Below are positions 9,254 through 18,598 of a stretch of DNA of 64,000 nt, one piece after another. Position numbers and translations under genes: made by a program. Location of the stretch: contig CAVYGB010000002.1 in NCBI GenBank assembly GCA_963767925.1, forward strand, positions 192,001-256,000, in the 5' to 3' direction. Below the pieces are notes generated by a model. The model did not search any database and was not told the DNA's origin. It saw only the letters and a program-made list of their open reading frames with translations. Numbering within the stretch: the first letter of the stretch is position 1; each line of letters opens with the position of its first letter. The DNA is from an uncultured delta proteobacterium. Lineage in GTDB: Bacteria; Myxococcota_A; Polyangia; Fen-1088.

Positions 9254-11548
9254 TCAGCGGGCCGGGCCGGTCAGGTGGCGCACGTCAGGGATGCGGTCGA
9301 AAGGGGCGTAGAGCCAGGAGTAGGCGAAGTAGGAGGCGAGGACCCGCTTGGTGTAGCCGCGGGTCTCCTCGAAGGGGATCTCCTCGATGAACTCGTCGAC
9401 CGGCAGGTTGCCCCGCCGGCGCAGCCAGCGGCCCACCGCCCCCTCCCCGGCGTTGTAGGCGGCGATGGCCGTCACGACCGAGCGATACCGCCGCAGCAGC
9501 GAGGCGAGGTGGCGGCCGCCGACCGCCAGGTTGGTCTCCGGGTCGAGCAGCTCCTCGCGGGTCATCTCCCGGGCCATCACCCCCTTGGCGGTGAGCGGAT
9601 GGAGCATGGTGAGCCCGAGGCAGTTGGCGGTGGAGACGGCGCGCGGGTTGAAGGCGCTCTCCTCGCGCATGAGGGCGAGCTGCAGCTCGGGGGGGACCTT
9701 GTTGGCCCGGCTGTTCTCGTCGACCAGGTCGCCGAAGGCGCGCGGGTAGGCCAGCGCCCAGGGGCTGACCGGGCCGGCGGCCGGGTAGTGGTAGCGAAAC
9801 TCGCCGAGCTGGTCGGCGACGAGCGCGTGCGAGGTGTTCCACATGCCGGCGCGATCGAGCAGCACCGCCGCGGTGCCGGTGAGGTCCCGATCGGGGCCCC
9901 CCTCGACCCGCTCGCCGTACAGGCGCGCCAGCTCCCGGTGGGAGGCCTGGCCCAGGCCCATGCGGGCCAGCTCGACCGCGCGCTCCAGGGTGGCCCCCGC
10001 CTCCCCGGTCGGCCCGGAGGTCCTCGCGCGCGCGCGCTCCCGGGAGCGAGGGGCCGGGGTCTCGAGGGGGCGGCGCAGCTCGCGCTCGAGGTCGGCGGCG
10101 ACCTGGGGGGCGATGGCCTCGAGCCGGCCGAAGGCCAGCAGGCTGTACACCGCCAGCGGGTAGCGGCGCACGGTCTGGCGGTACCAGTCGATGGCCTCCT
10201 CGGGGCGGCGCTGCTTCTCGAGGATGCGCCCCTCCCAGTATTCGGGGCGCCCCTGCGCGTACCAGGTGAGCGCGCGCGGGACCAGCTCGCGGTTGCGGGC
10301 CAGGTAGGCGCGGGCCTCGTCCCAGGCGCGCGCCCGGTAGGACCGGTAGGCGAGCTGCCAGAGGGCGTCGCCGGCGATGTCGCCGTAGGGGTAGCGCTCG
10401 GGCAAGGTGCGGGCGAGCTCGACGGCGCCGGCGGTGTCGCCCGCTTCCCAGGCGGCCTCGGCGGCGCGCAGGCGGGCGTCGTCGGCCAGCCGGTGCTCGG
10501 GGTGGTCGGCCTCGAGGCGGGCGAACTCGGCCCGCGCGCCCGCCTTGTCGCCGGTGAGGGCCAGGCAGCGGCCGCGCTGGTAGAGCGACCAGGCCCGCAG
10601 GTGGCCGTCGCCCGCGCGCTGGCAGGCCTCGGCGGCCAGCGCGAACAGGGGCGCGGCCCGCGTGCGGTTGCGCTGCTTCCAGACCGACTGGGCCAGGTGA
10701 AAGCGCGCCCGGCAGGTGTCGGCGGGGTCGAGGGCGCCGCTGTCGAGGGCCTGGCCGAGCAGGGCCTCGGAGGTCTCGTTCTGGTGGCGATCGAAGAGGA
10801 CCATGCCCCGGGCCAGCCAGTCCTGCGGGCGGCGGGCGGCTTGCCGCTGCCCGGCCGGATCCAGCCGGGGCAGCAGCGCGGTCAGGCGGTCGTCGGCCCG
10901 CTTGCTCCAGGTGTCCGAGCGGGCTTCGGCCCAGAGGGTGCGCAGGCGCTCGGCGGCCTCGAGCAGGCGCCCCTGCGCCTCGATCGCCACCGCGGTGGCG
11001 AAGGCCGCCTCGGCGCTGCGCGGGCCCGCGGGGAAGCGCTCGGCGTAGCGGGTGCCCTCGCGCTCGACCTCGCGGAAGCGGCGGCTCGCGGCGAGGGCCT
11101 CGATGCGGATGAGGGCGCTCTCCGCCTCCGGGATCGAGCCCCGGGGCACGCGCGCCACCCAGGCGAGCGCCCCCGCCCGGTCCCCGCGGCGCAGGTGGCA
11201 GGCCGCCGCGTGGTAGGCGTAATAGGGCCGCAGCAGGCGGTCCTCGCGCCACAGGCGCTCGAAGGTCGCGGCTGCTTCCGTCCAGCGGCCGAGGTTGCTC
11301 TGGGCCAGCCCCAGGAGGAAGCGGGCCCGCGGGATCTCCGCGCGGGGCGGCGGCCGCCGCGCCTGCAACGCCCGGGCGAAGCCGTCGGCGGCGGCTTGCC
11401 ACTGCTCGCGGCGGAAGCTGTCGGCGGCGGCGCGCAGCGGACCTTGCTCGAAATACGGCTCGGCCGCTCCGGGATCCACAAGCAGCCGATGGGGTGCGGG
11501 GGCCGGAGCGGTCAGGGCGGCGGCGGACAGGGCCAGCGCGGCGATCAC
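9254..11548 (-). CDS. slt: Soluble lytic transglycosylase (Slt-like) with TPR repeats
   Basis: C-terminal MREESAFNP, AYNAG, IPFEETRGY motifs; long TPR-like helical N-terminus; signal peptide. Confidence 0.9.
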   Translation of the reverse strand: MIAALALSAAALTAPAPAPHRLLVDPGAAEPYFEQGPLRAAADSFRREQWQAAADGFARALQARRPPPRAEIPRARFLLGLAQSNLGRWTEAAATFERLWREDRLLRPYYAYHAAACHLRRGDRAGALAWVARVPRGSIPEAESALIRIEALAASRRFREVEREGTRYAERFPAGPRSAEAAFATAVAIEAQGRLLEAAERLRTLWAEARSDTWSKRADDRLTALLPRLDPAGQRQAARRPQDWLARGMVLFDRHQNETSEALLGQALDSGALDPADTCRARFHLAQSVWKQRNRTRAAPLFALAAEACQRAGDGHLRAWSLYQRGRCLALTGDKAGARAEFARLEADHPEHRLADDARLRAAEAAWEAGDTAGAVELARTLPERYPYGDIAGDALWQLAYRSYRARAWDEARAYLARNRELVPRALTWYAQGRPEYWEGRILEKQRRPEEAIDWYRQTVRRYPLAVYSLLAFGRLEAIAPQVAADLERELRRPLETPAPRSRERARARTSGPTGEAGATLERAVELARMGLGQASHRELARLYGERVEGGPDRDLTGTAAVLLDRAGMWNTSHALVADQLGEFRYHYPAAGPVSPWALAYPRAFGDLVDENSRANKVPPELQLALMREESAFNPRAVSTANCLGLTMLHPLTAKGVMAREMTREELLDPETNLAVGGRHLASLLRRYRSVVTAIAAYNAGEGAVGRWLRRRGNLPVDEFIEEIPFEETRGYTKRVLASYFAYSWLYAPFDRIPDVRHLTGPAR

Positions 11549-11776
11549 GCGGGGCCAAGCATTAACTAATATCTTAGTTGTGTCAAGGTGGGTCGAATCG
11601 GCACGGTATTCTCGCGGCGAGGGCGCGGCGCTTTTGCGCGCGCATTTACAGAGGAGTAACGTGGCCGCCGGAGGACGTTCGCGATGCGCGATACAAGCAG
11701 CCAGGCGTCACGGCGGCCGAGCGGCGAAGTGGGCTCTCTCACGGTGCGCGGGCGCGCGACCGGCAGGGAGCTGGAA

Positions 11777-12877
11777 ATGGTGATGGAGACGGAGTCGGCG
11801 GGGCGAGGCGCTCCGGCGCGGATCGGGTGTGATCACCCGGGATCGAGGCGGGGGCGCGCGCTGCCGTCGCCGTCGGCAGGGCGAGGCACTCCGCTGCGGG
11901 ACGGGTGCGGGGACTCGGGACCGACGCGGGGACGCGCGCTGGCGCGGGCGGCGGCGTTTTCCCTCGTGCTGGTGCTCGCGGTGGCGGGGGCGGGCGGCGC
12001 GCAGGGTGCCACGGCGCGGGGGTTCGCGCTCGATCGGTTCAGTCCGTCGGGCGGAGGCAGCGACTGGTTCGCGCTCGAGTCGCTCGATTTCCGCGGCCAC
12101 TTCCGCCCTTCGGGTGGGGTGACCTTCAACTACGCCGACCAGCCGCTGGCGGTGCACGACAGCGCGGGCAACACCTACGGCAACGCCATCGTCGACACGC
12201 AGCTCTTCGTGCACGGCAGCCTGGCGATGATGTGGCGCGACCGGGTGCGCTTCGGGCTCGACTTCCCCCTGGCCATCCACCAGGCGGGCAACCAGCAGAC
12301 GGTGGGCGACTTCACCTTCCGCTCGGCCAACCGGGTGGCGGCCGGCGATCTCCGGGTGGGCGGCGATGTCCTGCTGACGGGGAGCTACCGCAGCCGCTTG
12401 CAGGTGGCGGCGGGGCTCGAGCTGCTGTTCCCCACCGGGATCCGCAGCCAGTACACCAGCGACGGGGTGGTGCGCTTCGCGCCCCGGCTGATGGCGGCGG
12501 GCCAGTGGGGGCGCTACGTCTATGCGGCCCGCCTGGGGTTTCACTCGCGGGGCTCGGTGCCGGAGGCGCAGCGGGAGATCCTGCGCATCGGCCACGAGGT
12601 GACGGGCGGTGTGGCGCTGGGGGTGCGGCCGGGGGACGCGTTCGTGATCGGGGCGGAGGTGTACGGGGCGACGGTGGTGACGGGCGGGAACTACCTGCGC
12701 GAGTCGGTCAGCCCGCTGGAGGTGCTGTTCTCGGCCCGCTTCGCGCCTGCGCAGGACTTCCACGTGATGCTCGGGGTGGCGCCGGGGATCACGACGGCGG
12801 TCGGCTCACCGACGATTCGCGTACTCGGTCGGGTGGAATACACGCCCAGCCTCTCGCTCGCCCGCCCGCGGAACTGA
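11777..12877 (+). CDS. Outer-membrane barrel resembling the N-terminal part of myxobacterial OmpA-family proteins (start uncertain)
   Basis: GFALDRFSPS..GSDWFALESLDFRG..GDLRVG..G.PTIR pattern; no TSP3 or OmpA C-terminal domain. Confidence 0.7.
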   Translation: MVMETESAGRGAPARIGCDHPGSRRGRALPSPSAGRGTPLRDGCGDSGPTRGRALARAAAFSLVLVLAVAGAGGAQGATARGFALDRFSPSGGGSDWFALESLDFRGHFRPSGGVTFNYADQPLAVHDSAGNTYGNAIVDTQLFVHGSLAMMWRDRVRFGLDFPLAIHQAGNQQTVGDFTFRSANRVAAGDLRVGGDVLLTGSYRSRLQVAAGLELLFPTGIRSQYTSDGVVRFAPRLMAAGQWGRYVYAARLGFHSRGSVPEAQREILRIGHEVTGGVALGVRPGDAFVIGAEVYGATVVTGGNYLRESVSPLEVLFSARFAPAQDFHVMLGVAPGITTAVGSPTIRVLGRVEYTPSLSLARPRN

Positions 12878-12892
12878 TCCCCGGCACGGGTC

Positions 12893-12965
12893 GAGGGGAC
12901 GCTCCGTGCTTTCCGGCGGGGGGGCGCGGGGTGGCCTACATTTTCTCCGCTGCGCGCGGGGGGGA
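12893..12965 (-). repeat. Short (internally deleted) copy of family C element
   Basis: Reverse complement reads ccccccgcgcgcagcggagaaaatgtaggccaccc joined to cgcgcccccccgccggaaagcacggagcgtcccctc, i.e. both ends of 14395-14671. Confidence 0.85.
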
Positions 12966-13039
12966 CGTGGGACCCGGACCTCGACGAGCGCACGTAGAGG
13001 GATTGGCTCTGGGTGCCGTGCTCGCTGGGGCGGCTCTGG

Positions 13040-13471
13040 TCAGGCTACGTCGCAGCCGGCCAGGGTGGGGTCGGCGGGGTGGCGGCGGAGGGCGGCGAGG
13101 GCGAAGCCGCCGAACATGGCGGCGGTGAAGACGGCGATGCCGGGCTGGCCGCCGGGCAGGGAGACGATGGCGGGGCCGGGGCACAGGCCGGAGAGGCCCC
13201 AGCCGGCGCCGAAGAGGGCTGCGCCCAGGACGAGGGGGGGGTCGATTCGTTCCTGGCGGCGGCTCCAGGGCCGGCCTGGATCGGCACGGCGCAAGGCCTG
13301 CAGGAAGGGGAGATAGACCAGGACGGCGCCGCCCATGACGAGGGCCAGGCTGGGGTCCCAGCGGCCGAAGAAGTCGAGGAACCCGATCACCTTGACTGGC
13401 GCGGTCATCCCGGACAGCCCGAGGCCGAGCGCGAACAGGAGGCCCGACAGGAAGGGAACGGCCCGCTTCAC
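13040..13471 (-). CDS. YeeE/YedE-family (DUF6691-like) membrane protein
   Basis: GLLFALGLGLSGMT.PVKVIGFLDFFG.WDPSLALVMGGA, GWGLSGLCPGP; GTG overlaps the upstream TGA. Confidence 0.9.
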   Translation of the reverse strand: MKRAVPFLSGLLFALGLGLSGMTAPVKVIGFLDFFGRWDPSLALVMGGAVLVYLPFLQALRRADPGRPWSRRQERIDPPLVLGAALFGAGWGLSGLCPGPAIVSLPGGQPGIAVFTAAMFGGFALAALRRHPADPTLAGCDVA

Positions 13472-13884
13472 GGCGCACCCCCGACCAGGGCCACCGTCAG
13501 GGCTCCGGTGGCCATGAACACGATCACGGCCACCAGCGACCGGCCCGACAACCGGCCCAGCCCGCAGATCCCGTGCCCGCTGGTGCAGCCCCCCGACACC
13601 CGCGCCCCGAACCCAACCAGCACGCCGGCGACGGCCAGCGCCGCCAGGCTGGCCGGCGCAGCCCCCAGGCGCTCCGGGGCCACCACCCGCAACAGCACGC
13701 CCCCGACCACCAAGCCGGCCACGAACTCCGCGCGCCACCGCCAGGCATCTCCCCGCTCGCTGAAAACCCCCGCCGCGATCCCGCTGACTCCCGCTGCGTG
13801 CCCGGCCCCCCACAAGAGCAAGGAAGCCGCCGCCCCGATGAGCATCCCCCCGAGGAGGGCGAACAGAAGATCCGAAGAAAACAT
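13468..13884 (-). CDS. YeeE/YedE-family sulfur-compound transporter
   Basis: ALLGGMLIG..AGVSGI..GGCTSGHGICGLGRLSGRS. Confidence 0.92.
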   Translation of the reverse strand: MFSSDLLFALLGGMLIGAAASLLLWGAGHAAGVSGIAAGVFSERGDAWRWRAEFVAGLVVGGVLLRVVAPERLGAAPASLAALAVAGVLVGFGARVSGGCTSGHGICGLGRLSGRSLVAVIVFMATGALTVALVGGAP

Positions 13885-14077
13885 GGCCGCGCCATCATAG
13901 CGCGCCCCCGCCCAGCTTCCGCCCCCTCCACCGGAGCGCCGCGCGAACAGGCACGACACACGGCCCGCCCCAGGGCCCGGCAAAGGTCGGCCCGACGCCC
14001 GCTCCGAACACGCAGCGACGACGTCGGCTCATTGCTGCGGGGTATCTCTACAAAGACCCCCTCCGAGCGCCCCGCCG

Positions 14078-14671
14078 CCCCCCCGCGCGCAGCGGAGAAA
14101 CCGTAGGCCACCCAGGGGCGCGTGGGGAGGTGGGGATGGGCTTCCCGGGGGCGTGGAGCGCCTGCACCGCCGTCTGCGGCGGCTGCCTTGGCGCGAGTCG
14201 AGGCTGCGCGCCCCCAACCCCGAGCGCTCCGCTTCCGCCCCCCGCGCGCAGCGGAGAAAATGTAGGCCACCCAGGGGCGTGGGGAGGTGGGGATGGGCTT
14301 CCCGGGGGCGTGGAGCGCCTGCACCGCCGTCTGCGGCGGCTGCCTTGGCGCGAGTCGAGGCCGCGCGCCCCCAACCCCGAGCGCTCCGCTTCCGCCCCCC
14401 GCGCGCAGCGGAGAAAATGTAGGCCACCCAGGGGCGTGGGGAGGTGGGGATGGGCTTCCCGGGGGCGTGGAGCGCCTGCACCGCCGTCTGGGGCGGCTGC
14501 CAAGGCGCGAGTCGAGGCCGCGCGCCCCCACCAGGCCATTGCCGTTCTTTCGGCCCCAGCCCCCGTTCAGCCCGTGAGGCTCCCCCGGCCGGCGCGTGAG
14601 CGGCCGTCCCCCGGGAAGCCCATCCCCACCTCCCCGCGCCCCCCCGCCGGAAAGCACGGAGCGTCCCCCTC
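14078..14671 (+). repeat. Family C element with about 157-bp unit in three tandem copies and an internal 35-bp inverted repeat
   Basis: gcggagaaa recurs at 14092, 14251, 14408; ggggcgtggggaggtggggatgggcttcccggggg is inverted at about 14608-14642. Confidence 0.9.
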
Positions 14672-14764
14672 AACGAGCTCACGCAGCGTCCCCCACACAG
14701 CCACAGCCACAGCCACCGCACGCCGGAAAGCCCGCAGTGCTCCGTCGCCGCCCGCCTGCCACCC

Positions 14765-15844
14765 TCACCCCGGCGGGGTATCGGGACTGACCGCGCCGGC
14801 GCGCGCTGTCTCTGACGTGGCCATCCGCGCGCGGATGTCCTCGATCAACTTCGACCCCACCGCCTTGTGCGCCACCTTCACCGCGTTGGCGATCGCCCGC
14901 GCCCGCGATCGCCCGTGCGCCTTGATGAACAGCCGATCGAACCCCAGCAACGGCGCCCCCCCGTACTCCTGCCAGTCGGTGATCGCCTTCAACCGCTTGA
15001 TCCCCCCCGACAGCATCGCCAGCCCCACCCGCCACACCAGCTTGCGCTTGTACGCATACCGCGCGAGCCGCAACACCGTCTCGCTCACCCCCTCCAGCAT
15101 CTTCAGCACCACGTTGCCGACGTACCCCGAGCAGACCACCACGTCCGCCGTCCCCCGCGGGATGTCCACCCCCTCGACGTTGCCGATGAAGTTGAGCACC
15201 GCTCCCCCCGCCGCCGACAGATCCGCCAGCCGCTGATAAGCCAGCGCCACCTCGCGCGGCCCCTTGCCCGCCTCCGAGCCGTTCGACAGCAGGGCCACCC
15301 GCGGCCGCGGGTTGCGCGAGATGCGGGCCGCGTAGGCCGCGCCCATGAGCGCGAAGGAGACGAGATCCTCGGCGGTGGCGTCCAGCGTGGCCCCCACGTC
15401 GAGCAGCAGCGAGAACGGATCCTCCTTCTCGCCCCGCCGGATCTCCGTGGGGTACACCGCCGCCAGCCCCGCCCGCCGCACCCCCGGCAGCAGCTTGAAG
15501 TTGCGGGCGCAGGCCAGCACGCTGGCCCCGGTGTTCCCCGCCGAGACCAGCGCCTCGCCCTCCCCCGCCGCCACCAGCCGCGCCGCCACCGCGATGGAAG
15601 AATCCGGCTTGCCGACCAGCGCCTCCGAAGGTTTGTCCTCCATGGTGACCACCTGCCCGGCGTGCTGCACCCGCACCCGATCGCGGGCATGCGCCAGCCC
15701 GCTCAGCAGCGCGCGCAGCCGCCCCTCGTCCCCCACCAGCGTGAGCTCCAGATCCGGCCGCAGCAGCGAGGCCTGGGCACAGCCCGCGACGACCTCGCCC
15801 GGGCCGGCGTCGCCCCCCATCGCGTCCACCACGATGCGCACCAT
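14765..15844 (-). CDS. plsX: Phosphate acyltransferase PlsX
   Basis: RIVVDAMGGD, SAGNTGA, LLDVGA, GNVEG, GNVVLK, KAHGRS. Confidence 0.96.
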   Translation of the reverse strand: MVRIVVDAMGGDAGPGEVVAGCAQASLLRPDLELTLVGDEGRLRALLSGLAHARDRVRVQHAGQVVTMEDKPSEALVGKPDSSIAVAARLVAAGEGEALVSAGNTGASVLACARNFKLLPGVRRAGLAAVYPTEIRRGEKEDPFSLLLDVGATLDATAEDLVSFALMGAAYAARISRNPRPRVALLSNGSEAGKGPREVALAYQRLADLSAAGGAVLNFIGNVEGVDIPRGTADVVVCSGYVGNVVLKMLEGVSETVLRLARYAYKRKLVWRVGLAMLSGGIKRLKAITDWQEYGGAPLLGFDRLFIKAHGRSRARAIANAVKVAHKAVGSKLIEDIRARMATSETARAGAVSPDTPPG

Positions 15845-15862
15845 GGCCCGAGCATACCCCCG

Positions 15863-17053
15863 TCAGGGCGGCGCCGGTGTGGCGCTGGTCGCCCCCGGCG
15901 CCGGCGCCGCCAGCCCGTGGCGGCGGGCGTGCTCGAGCGCCTCGCGCGCGTGCGACACGAGGACCATCTCGGTGCCGCGCCGGCGGGCGTCCTCGGCCAG
16001 GGTGGCGAGCTGGCGCCGCCGGAGGCCGCCGCTGCCCACCTCGCGGATGTAGATGGCCCGCACCCGCCCGGGGTGCTGGGCGGCGATCTGCAGGTAGATG
16101 TCCGGATCGCGCTCGCCGCTGTCCCCGATCAGCACGAAGGGCAGCGGCCCGCCCGGCATCCGCCCGTACACCGAGAGGATCTTCTCGATGGCGGCCGTCT
16201 TGTGGTCGAGCGGCGCCTCCGCGTTCAGCCCCATGTCCCGCAGCAGCAGCGGCCCCCGGGGCAGCTCGTGCCGGTCGAGGAACTCGACCAGCAGGTCGTA
16301 CAGGTTCCAGGGGCTCTTGGACACGTAGAACACCGGGTTGTCGGCGGCGGCGCCGGGGCCTGCCACAAGCGCCCGGTACAGGTCGGTGGTTCCCTCGAAG
16401 GGCAGGCGGGTCTGGGCGTTCTCCACCAGCGTCGTCCAGATCATCTTCCAGCGCTGGGTGACGTGGGTCTGCAGGACGGTGTCGTCGATGTCGCTGATGA
16501 TGCCCAGCTCGGCCCGGGGGCCGGGCACCAGCACCTCGGCCAGCGCGCGCACGGGCGTCCAGCCCGGCACCGGCGCCCCGCAGAGCTGCAGCTCGGCGGC
16601 GTGCCAGGGGCCGGCCGTCGCCAGCTCGGGCATCGCCCCCGGCTCGAGCTGCAGGTAGAAGTAGCCCTCCTCGTCGGTGACGGCGGTGGCCTCCTGCTGG
16701 CCGAAGCGCGCCTGCACCTGCGCCTCCGGCACCTCGTTCGACAGGAACCGCCGCACCATCCGGACCACGTTGCGCCAGCGGCGGTCGGTGGGAGTGGACC
16801 GCCCCAGCGCCCGGGTGGCCTCCACCACCCGGCCGGTCAGCAGCACCGCCGACGGCGTCCCGAACCCGCGGTAGGCGAGGATCTCGACCGGGCCCAGCCG
16901 CCCGAAGCGCCGCCGCCACCCCCAGCGCACCCGATCGAACACCTGCTCGAAGCGCGCGGCCTGCCGCTGGGTGAGCGCGACGAGCCGCTGGCGCGTGCGG
17001 ATGCGGCGGGTGCTGGCCGCCTCGGGGGCGTCGGGAGGGAGTGGCTCGCCCAC
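15863..17053 (-). CDS. App1-family (DUF2183) phosphatidate phosphatase-like protein
   Basis: GIISDIDDTV, FYVSKSPWNLY, FVLIGDSGERDPDIY. Confidence 0.9.
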   Translation of the reverse strand: MGEPLPPDAPEAASTRRIRTRQRLVALTQRQAARFEQVFDRVRWGWRRRFGRLGPVEILAYRGFGTPSAVLLTGRVVEATRALGRSTPTDRRWRNVVRMVRRFLSNEVPEAQVQARFGQQEATAVTDEEGYFYLQLEPGAMPELATAGPWHAAELQLCGAPVPGWTPVRALAEVLVPGPRAELGIISDIDDTVLQTHVTQRWKMIWTTLVENAQTRLPFEGTTDLYRALVAGPGAAADNPVFYVSKSPWNLYDLLVEFLDRHELPRGPLLLRDMGLNAEAPLDHKTAAIEKILSVYGRMPGGPLPFVLIGDSGERDPDIYLQIAAQHPGRVRAIYIREVGSGGLRRRQLATLAEDARRRGTEMVLVSHAREALEHARRHGLAAPAPGATSATPAPP

Positions 17054-17166
17054 GGGTTAGTGGTGGCGCCGCGACCGCCCCGCCGTCAAGGACCGCCCCG
17101 GGTCCGACCGGTTCGATTGGCCGTCGATTGCATCCGACCGCGCCGTTGTGTTGCAGCGACCAATCG

Positions 17167-17723
17167 TGTCATCATCCCGCTCGTCGCGACCGGCACCGGC
17201 AGCTTCCGCCGGCCGCTCGAGTGCGAGAGCAGCGTCCGCTTCGGCCGCTCGGCCGAGGGGCGGCGCACGCTGGTGGTGCGCAACACCTATTTCGAGGAGG
17301 AGAGCGCCCTGTGGGCGGCCGCCCGGCGCCTGGCGCTCGAGCTGGCGGTGCTGGTGCTGCTGACCACGCCGCTGATTCCGATCCTGCTGGTGCTGGGGGG
17401 CGACCCGCCGGGAGGCGGCGCTGCTGCTGCGCCCCGCGATCGCCGCCGCGTCCCTCCTGGCCATGGCCACCGCCTTCGAGCGGGCGCTCGAGACGGGAGG
17501 GCTGGGCGGGGTCAACCTGTCGACGCTGGCGGTCTGGCTCGCGAGCTGGGTCTTCGCGCTGGCCGCCCACACCGGGTTTCGCCGCGCCCTGCGCGGCGCG
17601 CGCGATCGCGAGGTGGCGGCGGGGCTGCGGGCCTACGCGCTGGTCCTCTCGGCCGCCGCCCTCTGGATCGCCCTGCACCTCGCGCGTTACGGCCTCGTCG
17701 GCCTGCGCACCTGGCGCTGGTGA
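17167..17723 (+). pseudogene. Membrane protein gene, frameshifted at G6 17395-17400, start unclear
   Basis: Removing one G joins ..LIPILLVLG to ATRREAALLLRPAIAAASLLAMATAF..; hydrophobic helices on both sides. Confidence 0.5.
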
Positions 17724-17817
17724 GCCGGCGCGGTGAGCCGGCCAGACGGCCCGGGCATCCCGGCGGGTCGATGTTATGTTCCGCCCTCCGCGAGACCCCT
17801 TTTTGGAAGTGAGGGCA

Positions 17818-18507
17818 GTGCCGTTGAAACATCGTTTGCGAACCACACCGCTGGTCATGTTGCTTGCGCTGGGAGCTTGCGGCGAATCGTCGCCGCCGCC
17901 CGCCGGCGGGGGAGGAACCGGAGGTGGAGGCAGCGGAGGCAGCGGCGGCAGCGGCGGATCGGGAGGGGCCGGGCCCGCCGCGACCCCCGACGCGGCCGCG
18001 CCGGATGCGCCCCCCGCCAGCCCGCCCGGGCTGCCCGCCAGCGCCAGCCAGGCGGACATCGTCGCCTTCCTCGCGGCCGGCGAATACAAGAAGGCGCCCT
18101 GGATCGCCGAGACCGAGGCCGCCCGCCCGCAAGCCGGCGCGACCTCGCCCCACGACTCGGTTCGCGTCTGGTTGAACCCCGAGCTGGTGGCGTCGCTGCA
18201 GGGCGGCCGCGACGGCTTCCGCAACACCATGACGATGGTGACCAACCCCCCGCACGACCGCTGGAGCATGGCGGTCAAGGAGCTGTACGACGAGGGCGGC
18301 ACCACCGTCGAGGGCGTGGCCGCCATGATCAAGACCGAGGCCGGCCCGGCCCAGAACACCTGGACTTATTATTGCCACGGCCCCGAGGGCCGCTGCGCCA
18401 CCGGCCGCCCCTCGCCCCCCGACATGCCCGTCTACGGCCGCGGCCAGATGGTCTCCTGCGGCTTTTGCCACGGCGGCCTGATCTACACCAAGCTGCGCAT
18501 GCCCTGA
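17818..18507 (+). CDS. Lipoprotein c-type cytochrome, P460-like
   Basis: Lipobox LGAC; VKELY..AMIK..WTYY; C-terminal CGFCH heme motif. Confidence 0.75.
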   Translation: MPLKHRLRTTPLVMLLALGACGESSPPPAGGGGTGGGGSGGSGGSGGSGGAGPAATPDAAAPDAPPASPPGLPASASQADIVAFLAAGEYKKAPWIAETEAARPQAGATSPHDSVRVWLNPELVASLQGGRDGFRNTMTMVTNPPHDRWSMAVKELYDEGGTTVEGVAAMIKTEAGPAQNTWTYYCHGPEGRCATGRPSPPDMPVYGRGQMVSCGFCHGGLIYTKLRMP

Positions 18508-18598
18508 GGCCGCAAGCAGCAGACGTTCCCGGGAGGGAGGGCGGGCTCGCCGCAGTACTCCGCCCTCCCCGCGGTCCCGGCCATGACAAGCTGAGGCC

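Noticed and set aside
7329..11569. Long antisense ORFs here and throughout the window
   Set aside because: Typical high-GC shadow frames opposite genes with clear motifs.
14078..14530. CRISPR array or repeat-protein CDS
   Set aside because: The whole unit repeats with no unique spacers; the period is not divisible by 3 and the ORFs lack coding character.
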